Assembly (NCBI GenBank): GCA_963832165.1
Contig: CAWHTE010000003.1
Coordinates: 687,655 to 751,654, forward strand
DNA from: an uncultured delta proteobacterium
Lineage (GTDB): Bacteria > Myxococcota_A > UBA9160 > SMWR01
Reading direction: 5' to 3'
Length of the DNA: 64,000 bases
In this document: positions 1 through 7,923 of the stretch, in pieces
Layout: each line of letters starts with the position of its first letter
Numbering within the stretch: position 1 is the stretch's first letter
The notes under the pieces: generated by a model
Told to the model about the DNA's origin: nothing
The model's database searches: none
The model's input: the letters and a program-made list of their open reading frames with translations, nothing else
Made by a program: the position numbers and the translations under genes

Positions 1-2
1 AG

Positions 3-50
3 CTGTTCTCGCTGATGGCGCAGCTCGCGCACGATCGCCCCGCGCGCTGA
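3..50 (+). CDS. 3' end of a CDS entering from the left edge (LFSLMAQLAHDRPAR*)
   Basis: Open frame with GC3-rich codons ending TGA 48-50; too short to identify. Confidence 0.4.
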   Translation: MFSLMAQLAHDRPAR

Positions 51-90
51 TGCGGCTCGCGTGCGGGTATGCGCGGATTCGAGAGGCGCT

Positions 91-1176
91 CTAGCGCGGC
101 GGCGGGGGCGGAGTTCCGAGCATCGCCGCGACTGCGGGTACCGAGCGCGCCGCGGTCCAGTTCGCCATGCCCGCGCACCAGACCAGCGTGTCGGGCCCGA
201 CGCGCCCAGCGGTGATCGCCTGCGCGAGCTCGGTCGGCCCGAACGGACCGACGGCCTGTCCGTTCTCGACCACGTGCCACGCGGTCGCCGGAGGCACGGG
301 CGGAGCCGTGGACGCAGGCGCGGCGCCGGGCGTGAATCGGCCCGCGATGGCCATCCCCATGCCCACGCCCACGCCGGCGCCCGCGAGGCCGCCAGCGGGA
401 TTCGCAGCGGCGACGGGCGTCGCGGCCCCGACCTGGTAGTGCTGATAGGCGGCGAGGTCGCCGATCGCGTTCATACTCGCGCGCGCGTCGAGCGCCTGCT
501 CGACCTCTGCGGGCACCGAGATGTTCACGATCACGAGCTGCGGGATCTCGAGCCCGTACTCGTCGTCGAGCCGCTCGCGCACGACCGTGCGCACCTGCTC
601 GGAGAGCGTCGCGTAATGGGAGGCGAGCTCGAGCAGCGGGAGCTCGGCCTTCGCGATCACGTCGGCGAGGCTCTGGTTGATGATCGAGCGCACGAACTCG
701 TGGATCTCGTCCACGGCGTACTCGCCGTTGGTGCCGACGAGCTCGGTGAGCAGCGTCTTGGGATCGGCAGCCCGCAGCGTGTAGGTGCCGAACGCGCGCA
801 CGCGCACCAGCCCGAGGTCGCGGTCGCGCATCGGAACCGGGTTCGGCGTGCCCCAGCGCAGGTCCATGATCTGGCGCGTGCTGACGAAGTACACCTCGGC
901 CTTGAACGGGCTGTCGAAGCCGTACATCCAGCCGGCCAACGTGGAGAGCACGGGCAGGTTGCGCGTCTCGAGCCGGTGCTGGCCCGGACCGAAGACATCC
1001 GCGATCTGCCCGCGGTGCACGAACACCGCCACCTGGCCCGGGCGCACGATCAGCTGGGCGCCGTACTTGATCTGGTTGTGGAAGCGCGGGAAGCGCCAGA
1101 CGATGGTGTGTCGGCTGTCGTCGATCCATTCGATGATGTCGACGAGCTCGGCGCGCAATTTGTCCATGAATCCCAT
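91..1176 (-). CDS. SPFH/band-7 (YdjI-like) protein with C-terminal GYF_2 (DUF4339) domain
   Basis: Motifs IKYGAQLIVRPGQVAVFV, FDSPFKAEVYFV, WGTPNPVPMRD, VRAFGTY; C-terminal WHVVENGQAVGPF...TLVWCAGMANW. Confidence 0.85.
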   Translation of the reverse strand: MGFMDKLRAELVDIIEWIDDSRHTIVWRFPRFHNQIKYGAQLIVRPGQVAVFVHRGQIADVFGPGQHRLETRNLPVLSTLAGWMYGFDSPFKAEVYFVSTRQIMDLRWGTPNPVPMRDRDLGLVRVRAFGTYTLRAADPKTLLTELVGTNGEYAVDEIHEFVRSIINQSLADVIAKAELPLLELASHYATLSEQVRTVVRERLDDEYGLEIPQLVIVNISVPAEVEQALDARASMNAIGDLAAYQHYQVGAATPVAAANPAGGLAGAGVGVGMGMAIAGRFTPGAAPASTAPPVPPATAWHVVENGQAVGPFGPTELAQAITAGRVGPDTLVWCAGMANWTAARSVPAVAAMLGTPPPPPR

Positions 1177-1190
1177 GGCGAGTTCCCCTT

Positions 1191-2063
1191 TCAGTCGAGA
1201 ATCTTCAGGAACAGATCGAGCAAGCTGCGGTGGTGCCGGGCGCCGTGAGTGTGCTGATCGACGCGCTGCTCGATCCGCGCGCGCGCGAACGCCGCCGACG
1301 CCTCGCGCTCCGCAGCCTTATGCTCGGCCTCGAGCACGGGTGAGGTGCGTCCGCCCGCGAGGATGAAACCGGCCACCTGCTCGAGCTCGTCGGCGTCGAG
1401 CCAGGTGCCGTGCTGGCGGCACTCGTCGAGGATCACTCCCGACGAGCGCTTGTAGTTCGCGCGCAGCATGAACTGGTCGCACTCGGGGCAGCGGCGATAC
1501 TGCACGCTCCGGTCGAGCGGCTTGCCGCGCTGCACGCGGGGCGCGTCGGCCGCGGGCCCCTGCTGCTGGCGCAGCTGCGCGGCGCGCTTCACGAGCGCGT
1601 CGAAGTGGGCGCCCGTCACCCAGAGCCCGTGACAGCCAGGGCATTCGTTCACGGCGATGCCCGCGACCTGACTCGGCGGCATGCGCGTGTCGCAAGCGGG
1701 GCAGGGCAGCTCGCGGCCGTCGCTCGGCAGCGGCTGGGGTGCGAACGCGACGCCGCACCCGACGCAGAAGCGGCTCGACTCGGCGTTGCGGGCAAAGCAC
1801 TCGGGGCAGAGCAGCGAGAGCTTGTCGGGATCGCGCACGATCGCCGAGTCGCAGTACGCGCACGTCTGCGCATCCGGCTGGACCTGCGCGCCGCACGATC
1901 CGCAGCGCGCGATCACGGCGTCCACCGGGCGCTGCGCGCGGTTCTCGATCGTCTCGCCGCAGCGGCAGGCGAACTGTGCGGTGAGCAGCTGGCTCACGTC
2001 GTATTGGGTGTGGCAGACAGGGCAAGCGACCAGCTGCACGGGACGCGCCTCCGCAGGCTCCAT
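1191..2063 (-). CDS. Multi zinc-ribbon protein (double zinc ribbon plus zf-TFIIB-like repeats)
   Basis: Start MEPAEARP at 2063; about ten CxxC/CxC/CxxH knuckles; zf-TFIIB-like CPGCHGLW and CRQHGTWLDADEL. Confidence 0.75.
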   Translation of the reverse strand: MEPAEARPVQLVACPVCHTQYDVSQLLTAQFACRCGETIENRAQRPVDAVIARCGSCGAQVQPDAQTCAYCDSAIVRDPDKLSLLCPECFARNAESSRFCVGCGVAFAPQPLPSDGRELPCPACDTRMPPSQVAGIAVNECPGCHGLWVTGAHFDALVKRAAQLRQQQGPAADAPRVQRGKPLDRSVQYRRCPECDQFMLRANYKRSSGVILDECRQHGTWLDADELEQVAGFILAGGRTSPVLEAEHKAAEREASAAFARARIEQRVDQHTHGARHHRSLLDLFLKILD

Positions 2064-2103
2064 CGACGCGACGGCGGCCTCGCTTGATGCGCGAAGACGT
2101 GGG

Positions 2104-3411
2104 CTACGCGAGCGCCCCGATCGTTTCCTGTGCGACCACGCGCGCGTAGATGGCGCGGATCCGGCGGCGCGCCGCGCCGACGCGCTCTCGGAGCTCGTCG
2201 GGTCCCGCGCCGGGCAGGGCCAGCTCCGCGACCGCCACGAGCTCCGCGGGCAGGCGCTCGACGGCTCGGCCGGCCACCCAGCGCGCGCACGCCTCGACTC
2301 CGCGCAGCAGCTGGTAGTCGTCGAGCAGCGGCTCGGCCGCCACGTGCTCACCGACCGCGGCCAGCATCGTGCTCACGCTCGGAATCTCCGGGAACGCGCG
2401 CGCTCCGCGCTCGAGCAGTGCGCCGCCCGCGATGAAGTCGACGTCCATGAGTCCACCCGAGCCGGTCTTGAACGCGCTCGCGCCGTCGTCGCCGCGCGCG
2501 CGCTCGTCGACCACGCGCGCGCGGAGCTCCGCGAGCTCCTTCCAGGGCGGCGTGGGGTGCGGGATCACGTGCGCCCGCACAGCGCGGAGGCGCTCGGCTG
2601 CGTCGCCGGTCGCACCCGCGATCGGACGAGCCCGCAGCATCGCGAGGTGCTCCCAGGTCGCCGCATCGCGCGTCTGATAGCGCTCGTAGCCCTCGAACGA
2701 GGCCACGAGCATTCCCTGCTGACCCGACGGCCGCAGCCGGGTATCGACCTCGTAGGCCACGCCCGCGCCGGTCATCGTGGTGAGGTACGCGATCAGCCGC
2801 TGGCCGAGGCGCGACGCGCGGTCGATCTCCGCGACGCCGCCGAACAGGAAGATCAGGTCGAGGTCGGAGTGGTACGTAAACTCGCGTCCGGCGATCTTGC
2901 CCATGCCGATCACCGCGAAGGAGTCGCCCGAGCCCTCGCCGCCACGCAGGTAGTGGTGCGCGAGCGCGAGCGCGAAGCGCGCCGTGGTCTCCGCGACCCG
3001 GGACAGGTAGTCGGAGACGTCCTCGAATGGCGCGAGGCCGCCGAAGTGGACGCACGCGGCGAGCGCGGTCTCCTCGCGCCGACGCAGCCGCAGGAAGTCG
3101 AGTGCGCCTTCGAGATCGAGAGCGGCGAGTGCCTCGCTGTCCGCGTCGAGCCGCGCTGCGCGCTCTGCGAGCGTATTCGGTGTGAGCTCGGCCACGCGCT
3201 CGAACCAGGCCGGTCGGTTCGCGAGGAAGCTCGCGAGATCGGGCTGCGTGGCCACGAGCCGAGCGAGGCCGCGCAGCACCGGCTCCGGGAGCCGGCCCGC
3301 CGCGAAGTCTCCGCCGCGCCGCTCGGCGAAACGCGCCGAGGCGGGAGCGGCGCGCGCGTCGAGCGGCGTACCCGCGAGCACCTCGTCGAAACGCGCTGCG
3401 AGCGCACTCAT
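2104..3411 (-). CDS. glnE: Glutamine synthetase adenylyltransferase, C-terminal (AT) half as a separate ORF
   Basis: FAVIGMGKIAGREFTYHSDLDLIF, YEVDTRLRPSG, WEHLAMLRAR, GGLMDVDF; ATG overlaps the upstream TGA (ATGA). Confidence 0.8.
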   Translation of the reverse strand: MSALAARFDEVLAGTPLDARAAPASARFAERRGGDFAAGRLPEPVLRGLARLVATQPDLASFLANRPAWFERVAELTPNTLAERAARLDADSEALAALDLEGALDFLRLRRREETALAACVHFGGLAPFEDVSDYLSRVAETTARFALALAHHYLRGGEGSGDSFAVIGMGKIAGREFTYHSDLDLIFLFGGVAEIDRASRLGQRLIAYLTTMTGAGVAYEVDTRLRPSGQQGMLVASFEGYERYQTRDAATWEHLAMLRARPIAGATGDAAERLRAVRAHVIPHPTPPWKELAELRARVVDERARGDDGASAFKTGSGGLMDVDFIAGGALLERGARAFPEIPSVSTMLAAVGEHVAAEPLLDDYQLLRGVEACARWVAGRAVERLPAELVAVAELALPGAGPDELRERVGAARRRIRAIYARVVAQETIGALA

Positions 3412-4832
3412 CTCGCGCGGCTCCCGAGGACGAGGGCCTCGAACTGCTCGCGCACCTCTGCGCGGGTGCGCGCGAGATCGTCCTCGAAGCGCTGGGCGGC
3501 GCGTTCCGCCTCGGCATCCGCATAGCCCATCCGGCGCGCGAGCGCGGTGCGCTCCACGAGATTGCGCGGCAGCTGGGCGGTCTGTTGCTCTTCCGCGAGC
3601 TGGAGCGCGTGCTCGGCTTGCCGCAGCCAGCGATAGCCGTTCGCGAGCACGATCGCCGAGCTCGCGGGCAGGATCTCTGCGCGCGCGAGGCCATCGATCG
3701 CCGCGAGCACGTTCCCCGTGCGCAGCTCGGGCCGGCGCCCCGCGTGGAAGAGCTGGAGCGCCTGGACCGTGAATTCGACGTCGCGGATCCCGCCCGGACC
3801 CTCCTTGAGATTCTCGTCGACGTCGTGTCCGTGCTCGCGCCGTTCGGTCTCGATCCGGGTCTTCATCGCACGTACCGCATCGATCACGCCGGGATCGATT
3901 GCGCGCCGGTACACGAATGGCTCGATGCCGCGCTCGAACTCCCGAGCGACCTGCGGCGCGCCCGCGAGATGGCGCAGCCGCAAGAGCATCTGGCGCTCCC
4001 ACTCGGCGCCGCGCAGCTCGTAGTAGCCGAGCGTTCCCTCGACGCCGCGCACGAGCGTCCCCGCCGCGCCCTCGGGTCGCAGATCGAGGTCGACGCGGTA
4101 GGCGAAGCCGAGCTCGGTGGGCTCGCTGAGCCGCCGCTTGAGCTCCTGCACCACGGCCGATGCCGATTCGCGCGCGGCGTGTCCGCTTTCGTCGGGAGGT
4201 GCATCGCAGACGAACAGTAGATCCACGTCGGAGGAGAAGTTGAGCTCGCGCCCGCCGAGCTTGCCGAGCGCGAACAGCGCCGGTGGCTCGCGCTCGCCCG
4301 ACGCGAGGACGAGCGCGCGGCGCAGGATGTCGTCGGCGAGGTCGGAGAGCTCGGTGAGTCCGGCTTCGAACGGGCGCGCGCGATCGCGCGCGGCGATCCG
4401 CAACAGACCGCGGTACTTGGAGCGGTGCAGCGCGGCCCAGTCCGCGTGCTCCGAAACGGGTTCGGGCGCCGGGGCGAGCTCATGCGCGAGGTCCTGCGTC
4501 CACTCCGGTTCGCGTGTGAGCCAGCGCCCGAGGAAGTGACTGTCGCCGAGCACGCGCGCGAGCGCGACGCTCGCGCGGAGTGCGCTACGGGTCCGTTCGC
4601 GGTGTGCGTGCGCGACCTCGACGAGACGCCGCGCGCCCGCCACCGCGCTCGCGCTCGCGATCAGCGCCGGAAGCCAGTCCTCGAGCTGCGGCGCGAGATC
4701 CGGATCGCGCGCGGCCGCGACGAGCGCCTGCGCCTCCTCGGCCGGCGCGACCGAACCTGCGCGCGCGAGATCTTCGACGTGCGGGTCGCCAGCGCGCAGC
4801 GACTCGATCACGCGTCGGGCGAGCTCGTTCAC
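3408..4832 (-). CDS. glnE: Glutamine synthetase adenylyltransferase, N-terminal (adenylyl-removing) half as a separate ORF
   Basis: LGKLGGRELNFSSDVDLLF, YRVDLDLRPEG, WERQMLLR, NLKEGPGGIRDVEFTVQALQL; GTG start 4832 inferred. Confidence 0.8.
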   Translation of the reverse strand: MNELARRVIESLRAGDPHVEDLARAGSVAPAEEAQALVAAARDPDLAPQLEDWLPALIASASAVAGARRLVEVAHAHRERTRSALRASVALARVLGDSHFLGRWLTREPEWTQDLAHELAPAPEPVSEHADWAALHRSKYRGLLRIAARDRARPFEAGLTELSDLADDILRRALVLASGEREPPALFALGKLGGRELNFSSDVDLLFVCDAPPDESGHAARESASAVVQELKRRLSEPTELGFAYRVDLDLRPEGAAGTLVRGVEGTLGYYELRGAEWERQMLLRLRHLAGAPQVAREFERGIEPFVYRRAIDPGVIDAVRAMKTRIETERREHGHDVDENLKEGPGGIRDVEFTVQALQLFHAGRRPELRTGNVLAAIDGLARAEILPASSAIVLANGYRWLRQAEHALQLAEEQQTAQLPRNLVERTALARRMGYADAEAERAAQRFEDDLARTRAEVREQFEALVLGSRAR

Positions 4833-4929
4833 GCGCGGGCCAGGGTAGCGCGATCGCGCTCGGGCTATCGTGCCGCGCAAGCGGTTCCCCCGCGCGCAGC
4901 GAGGCGGAGCCGAGCGGAGATCGGTAGGG

Positions 4930-5202
4930 ATGGAAGCACGCGATTCGATCGGCTTCTTCGGACTCGCGCTGTCTCCGCGCGTGGTCCGGCGTGCGCTGCT
5001 CTACGCCGTGGTGGTGGGTGCGATCCTGATCGCGATCAACCACGGCGACGCGCTCCTGGCCGGCGAGGTCGGGGCCGAGCGCTGGTGGAAGATGGGCCTC
5101 ACGGTGCTCGTGCCCTACACCGTCTCGACGCTGTCGAGTGTCGGAGCGCTGCGCTCCTCGCAGGCGCCTTCCGCGCTCCGCGGAGATCCGGAGGCTCGCT
5201 AG
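4930..5202 (+). CDS. nrtS: NrtS-family small membrane protein (nitrate/nitrite transporter-like)
   Basis: 90 aa, two hydrophobic segments, motif ALLYAVVVGAILIAINHGD...KMGLTVLVPYTVST. Confidence 0.7.
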   Translation: MEARDSIGFFGLALSPRVVRRALLYAVVVGAILIAINHGDALLAGEVGAERWWKMGLTVLVPYTVSTLSSVGALRSSQAPSALRGDPEAR

Positions 5203-5591
5203 AAGCGCACCTCGACCGTCAGGCCCACGCTCTTCTTCTTGCGCACGATCGGGCCCTGGAAGCCGAGCTCGATCGGCGAGTCGCCGAGCTTCATCTCGTG
5301 GCGATACTCGAGGCCGACGCCCTTCTTGTAATGGACGTTCTCGCCCATCCATGCAGGCGGTCGGTCGGCGTTCGGGCTGAGCCACCGAAACGACGTGGGC
5401 AACGGCCGCGGAAGCGGATCGGCCGCGCCGCTCATCGGCAGGCCCACGGCAAGTCCCACGCCGAGCGTGGCGAGCCACGCGCCGGGAGCGCGCGAGAGAT
5501 CGGTGAGGTCCGGAAGGAGGTCCGAGAGGTCGTCCGTGAGGTCCAGAAGGAGATCCGAGAGGTCCGGAAGGTTGGGCAGGGGGTTTGTCAT
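5199..5591 (-). CDS. Hypothetical exported protein with acidic Leu-rich N-terminal repeat and C-terminal beta-signal-like EVRF
   Basis: GGAGG RBS at 5601-5605, sigma54 promoter upstream, hydrophobic segment WLATLGVGLAVGL, alternating beta-strand pattern ending in Phe. Confidence 0.65.
   Translation of the reverse strand: MTNPLPNLPDLSDLLLDLTDDLSDLLPDLTDLSRAPGAWLATLGVGLAVGLPMSGAADPLPRPLPTSFRWLSPNADRPPAWMGENVHYKKGVGLEYRHEMKLGDSPIELGFQGPIVRKKKSVGLTVEVRF
5503..5568. repeat. Two imperfect 33-bp direct repeats encoding DLSDLL(L/P)DLTD
   Basis: gtgaggtccggaaggaggtccgagaggtcgtcc / gtgaggtccagaaggagatccgagaggtccgga. Confidence 0.8.
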
Positions 5592-5628
5592 GGCGTCGCA
5601 CCTCCGGTGCGAATCTGGCCTGTGGTAT

Positions 5629-5644
5629 TGCAACGGCCGTGCCT
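5629..5644 (-). promoter_or_regulatory. sigma54 (-24/-12) promoter
   Basis: Minus strand AGGCACGGCCGTTGCA: GG-N10-GC, near consensus TGGCACG-N4-TTGCW, about 40 bp above the 5591 start. Confidence 0.75.
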
Positions 5645-5810
5645 GGGTGTCTCACGGGTGATCATTTAGATACCCGAGTAGAAACAGATACTTATGCCAT
5701 GGCACTCGAAGCGATTCCGCAATTGTGGGTACTCCTGTGCCCAGCTCGGGCACTTCGCGCGGCTCGAATTGCACGTGGTTGCCGGTGCGAGAGCGTGTTT
5801 CAATCGCCCG

Positions 5811-6437
5811 ATGGAAGAGCGCGCGAAGCGGATCGTGGTGGCCGCGATCGAGCTCGCCGAGAAGGGTGGCTTCGAGGGCGTGCGGCTGCGCGACGTGGCC
5901 GCGCACGCGAATGTGGCGCTGGGCACCGTCTATCGCCGGTTTCGCAGCAAGGAAGACCTCCTGCTCGCGGCGCTCGAGCTCCAGATGGCGTCGCTCGAGC
6001 AGCGGATCGACGCGGTGCCGCTCGCGGGCGTCGCGCCGCTCCACCGCGTCCACGAGTTCTTCCGCCTCACCACCGACGGCATGTGTTCGCGCCCACACCT
6101 CGCGCGCGCTCTCGTGCGCGCGGTGGTGGCGGGCGGACCGGACCTCTCGCAGCGCGTGGCGGCGTTCCATCACCGCATCGAGGCGATGATCGCGCGCGCG
6201 TTGCGCGGCCGCGGCGACCCCGAGCCGCCCAACGAGATCGAGCGGCGCGTGGCGAAGGCCCTCGTGCATGTCTGGTTCGCGTCGCTCACGGGCTGGGCGA
6301 GCGGACTGCGCGGCGTCGACGAGGTCGTCGAGGAGACGCGCAGCGCGGCGGAGCTGATCCTGGGCGGATCGGCACGCACGGAGCCGTCGGTGTCCGACGG
6401 CGATTCCGGCTTGCCGCCCCAGAGGGAACATGTTTGA
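5811..6437 (+). CDS. TetR-family transcriptional regulator, KstR-like
   Basis: HTH RIVVAAIELAEKGGFEGVRLRDVAAHANVALGTVYRRFRSKEDLL; C-terminal HVWFASLTGWASG as in KstR-type proteins. Confidence 0.85.
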   Translation: MEERAKRIVVAAIELAEKGGFEGVRLRDVAAHANVALGTVYRRFRSKEDLLLAALELQMASLEQRIDAVPLAGVAPLHRVHEFFRLTTDGMCSRPHLARALVRAVVAGGPDLSQRVAAFHHRIEAMIARALRGRGDPEPPNEIERRVAKALVHVWFASLTGWASGLRGVDEVVEETRSAAELILGGSARTEPSVSDGDSGLPPQREHV

Positions 6438-6489
6438 ATCCGGGCCCGAGAGCGACCCGAGCCAAGACTAGGAGAGGGTGAGGACGACC

Positions 6490-6684
6490 ATGAAGATCGT
6501 GATCGACTACGACCTGTGCGAGGCCAACGCGGTGTGCATGGACGTCTGCCCCGAGTGCTTTCGCGTCGAAGAAGACGACACGCTCACCGTTCTGATCGAC
6601 CGACCGCCGGAGAAGCTGCGCGCGAAAGTCGAAGAGGCGGTGCGTCTCTGCCCGCGCCAGGCGATCTCGCTCGTCGAAGACTGA
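6490..6684 (+). CDS. Small ferredoxin (3Fe-4S, P450-partner type)
   Basis: CEANAVCMDVCPECF ... CPRQAI; 64 aa; purine-rich RBS. Confidence 0.9.
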   Translation: MKIVIDYDLCEANAVCMDVCPECFRVEEDDTLTVLIDRPPEKLRAKVEEAVRLCPRQAISLVED

Positions 6685-6803
6685 TCCCAAATCGACAACT
6701 GGATCGGCAACTAGCGCGTCATTTTTTCAGGGCCGGGTAAATCGTCCCGATCAGCGACACGCAGAATCGCGCCGAACGCCGCACACACGCGCGTAGGGGA
6801 TTT

Positions 6804-6819
6804 CGGCCTGATCCTTGCA
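6804..6819 (+). promoter_or_regulatory. Putative sigma54 promoter
   Basis: CGGCCTGATCCTTGCA: GG-N10-GC with TTGCA; GGAGG RBS follows at 6841-6845. Confidence 0.55.
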
Positions 6820-6853
6820 GCCCTTCCCGCCCTAACAGGCGGAGGTGTGCAGC

Positions 6854-7051
6854 TTGGACCCCCTCGTGGAATTCGTGCTTCGATTTCGAGAATGCCAGCG
6901 AGAGAACGAAACGAAGGACCGTCAGTCCATTCCGTCACTGCTCGTGAAGCGCTCGTTGCGCGCGGCGCCGGTTTCGATCCAAGCGGAAAGCGCACAGGTT
7001 CTCGGTAAGCCGGAGCGACGCATTCCCGCCCGGATGGGGCACGCCGCCTAA
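6854..7051 (+). CDS. Small hypothetical protein (65 aa, TTG start)
   Basis: GGAGG 8 nt before TTG; its TAA overlaps the next ATG (TAATG). Confidence 0.45.
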   Translation: MDPLVEFVLRFRECQRENETKDRQSIPSLLVKRSLRAAPVSIQAESAQVLGKPERRIPARMGHAA

Positions 7052-7281
7052 TGCCCCAGTCGACCATGACGTCCGATCAACTCAAGAAGATTCGGCGTGA
7101 GGCGCTCGAGGAGATCACGGAAGGTCGGGGCCTCCGGCCTTGGGGTCTGTGTGCCCTGGTCGGAAGCCTCAAAGGCGAGTTGCTCCGACTCCGTCGCGAG
7201 CAGCCCGAGAGCGAGTGGGCTTCCTGGTGGCTTCTCGAGATCGAGAGCCAGACCGCTCCGCGAGAGTCACAGCGCTCCTAG
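7051..7281 (+). CDS. Small hypothetical protein (76 aa)
   Basis: Coupled to the upstream ORF; helical, Trp-rich (EWASWWLLEIE); no family recognised. Confidence 0.5.
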   Translation: MPQSTMTSDQLKKIRREALEEITEGRGLRPWGLCALVGSLKGELLRLRREQPESEWASWWLLEIESQTAPRESQRS

Positions 7282-7306
7282 CGCTCGCGACTGATGCGGA
7301 ATGAAG

Positions 7307-7382
7307 TGGTGGAGCTGAGGGGAATCGAACCCCTGACCCTCAGACTGCCAGCCTGATGCTCTCCCAGCTGAGCTACAGCCCC
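7307..7382 (-). tRNA. tRNA-Ala(GGC)
   Basis: GGGGCTGTAGCTCAGCTGGGAGAGC...CT-GGC-AG...GGTTCGATTCCCCTCAGCTCCACCA; 76 nt with encoded CCA. Confidence 0.95.
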
Positions 7383-7484
7383 ACGGGTTTCGCAAGCTAA
7401 CCCCCGCTGTCTCGACTGTCAAAACGCCGCGCGCGCTTGCTGGGGCGTTCGAGACTCGGCGTGTTACCTTGCGCGGCGATTCCT

Positions 7485-7568
7485 GCCGGAGTGGCGGAAT
7501 TGGCATACGCAGGGCACTCAAAATGCCCCGGTCGCAAGGCCTTGTGGGTTCGAATCCCACCTCCGGCA
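7485..7568 (+). tRNA. tRNA-Leu(CAA)
   Basis: GCCGGAG/CTCCGGC acceptor, GGGCA-CT-CAA-AA-TGCCC anticodon arm, long variable arm, GGTTCGAATCC; CCA not fully encoded. Confidence 0.93.
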
Positions 7569-7582
7569 CCGGGGGTTCGTCC

Positions 7583-7906
7583 GTGACTTCTGTCACCGCT
7601 GCGCGCACGGCGGCACGTGCGCTCGCCGTGCTCGCATTGCTCGCGCCGCTATTTCTCGCCGAGCGCGCGGATGCGCAGTACCGCGAATTCGTGGGCCGGG
7701 TCGTTTCGATCGATGCGCAATCGCTCGTCGTCAAGGATCGCCGCGGCAACAAGGTGAGCTTCGCGCGCGCCGATCACACGGCCGTCGAGGGCAACAAGAG
7801 CGCGTGGGACGCGATCGCGACCGGGGACAAAGTGATCGTGCGCTGGAAGCTCACCGACGGGACCCTGTGGCGCGTGATCGTGCTCGAGGGCCCACCGAAG
7901 GGCTGA
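7583..7906 (+). CDS. Exported small beta-rich protein (OB-fold/DUF5666-like)
   Basis: Signal peptide ALAVLALLAPLFLAERADA; GRVVSIDAQSLVVK...IATGDKVIVRW. Confidence 0.6.
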   Translation: MTSVTAARTAARALAVLALLAPLFLAERADAQYREFVGRVVSIDAQSLVVKDRRGNKVSFARADHTAVEGNKSAWDAIATGDKVIVRWKLTDGTLWRVIVLEGPPKG

Positions 7907-7923
7907 CGCGCTAGCTTCCCTGA

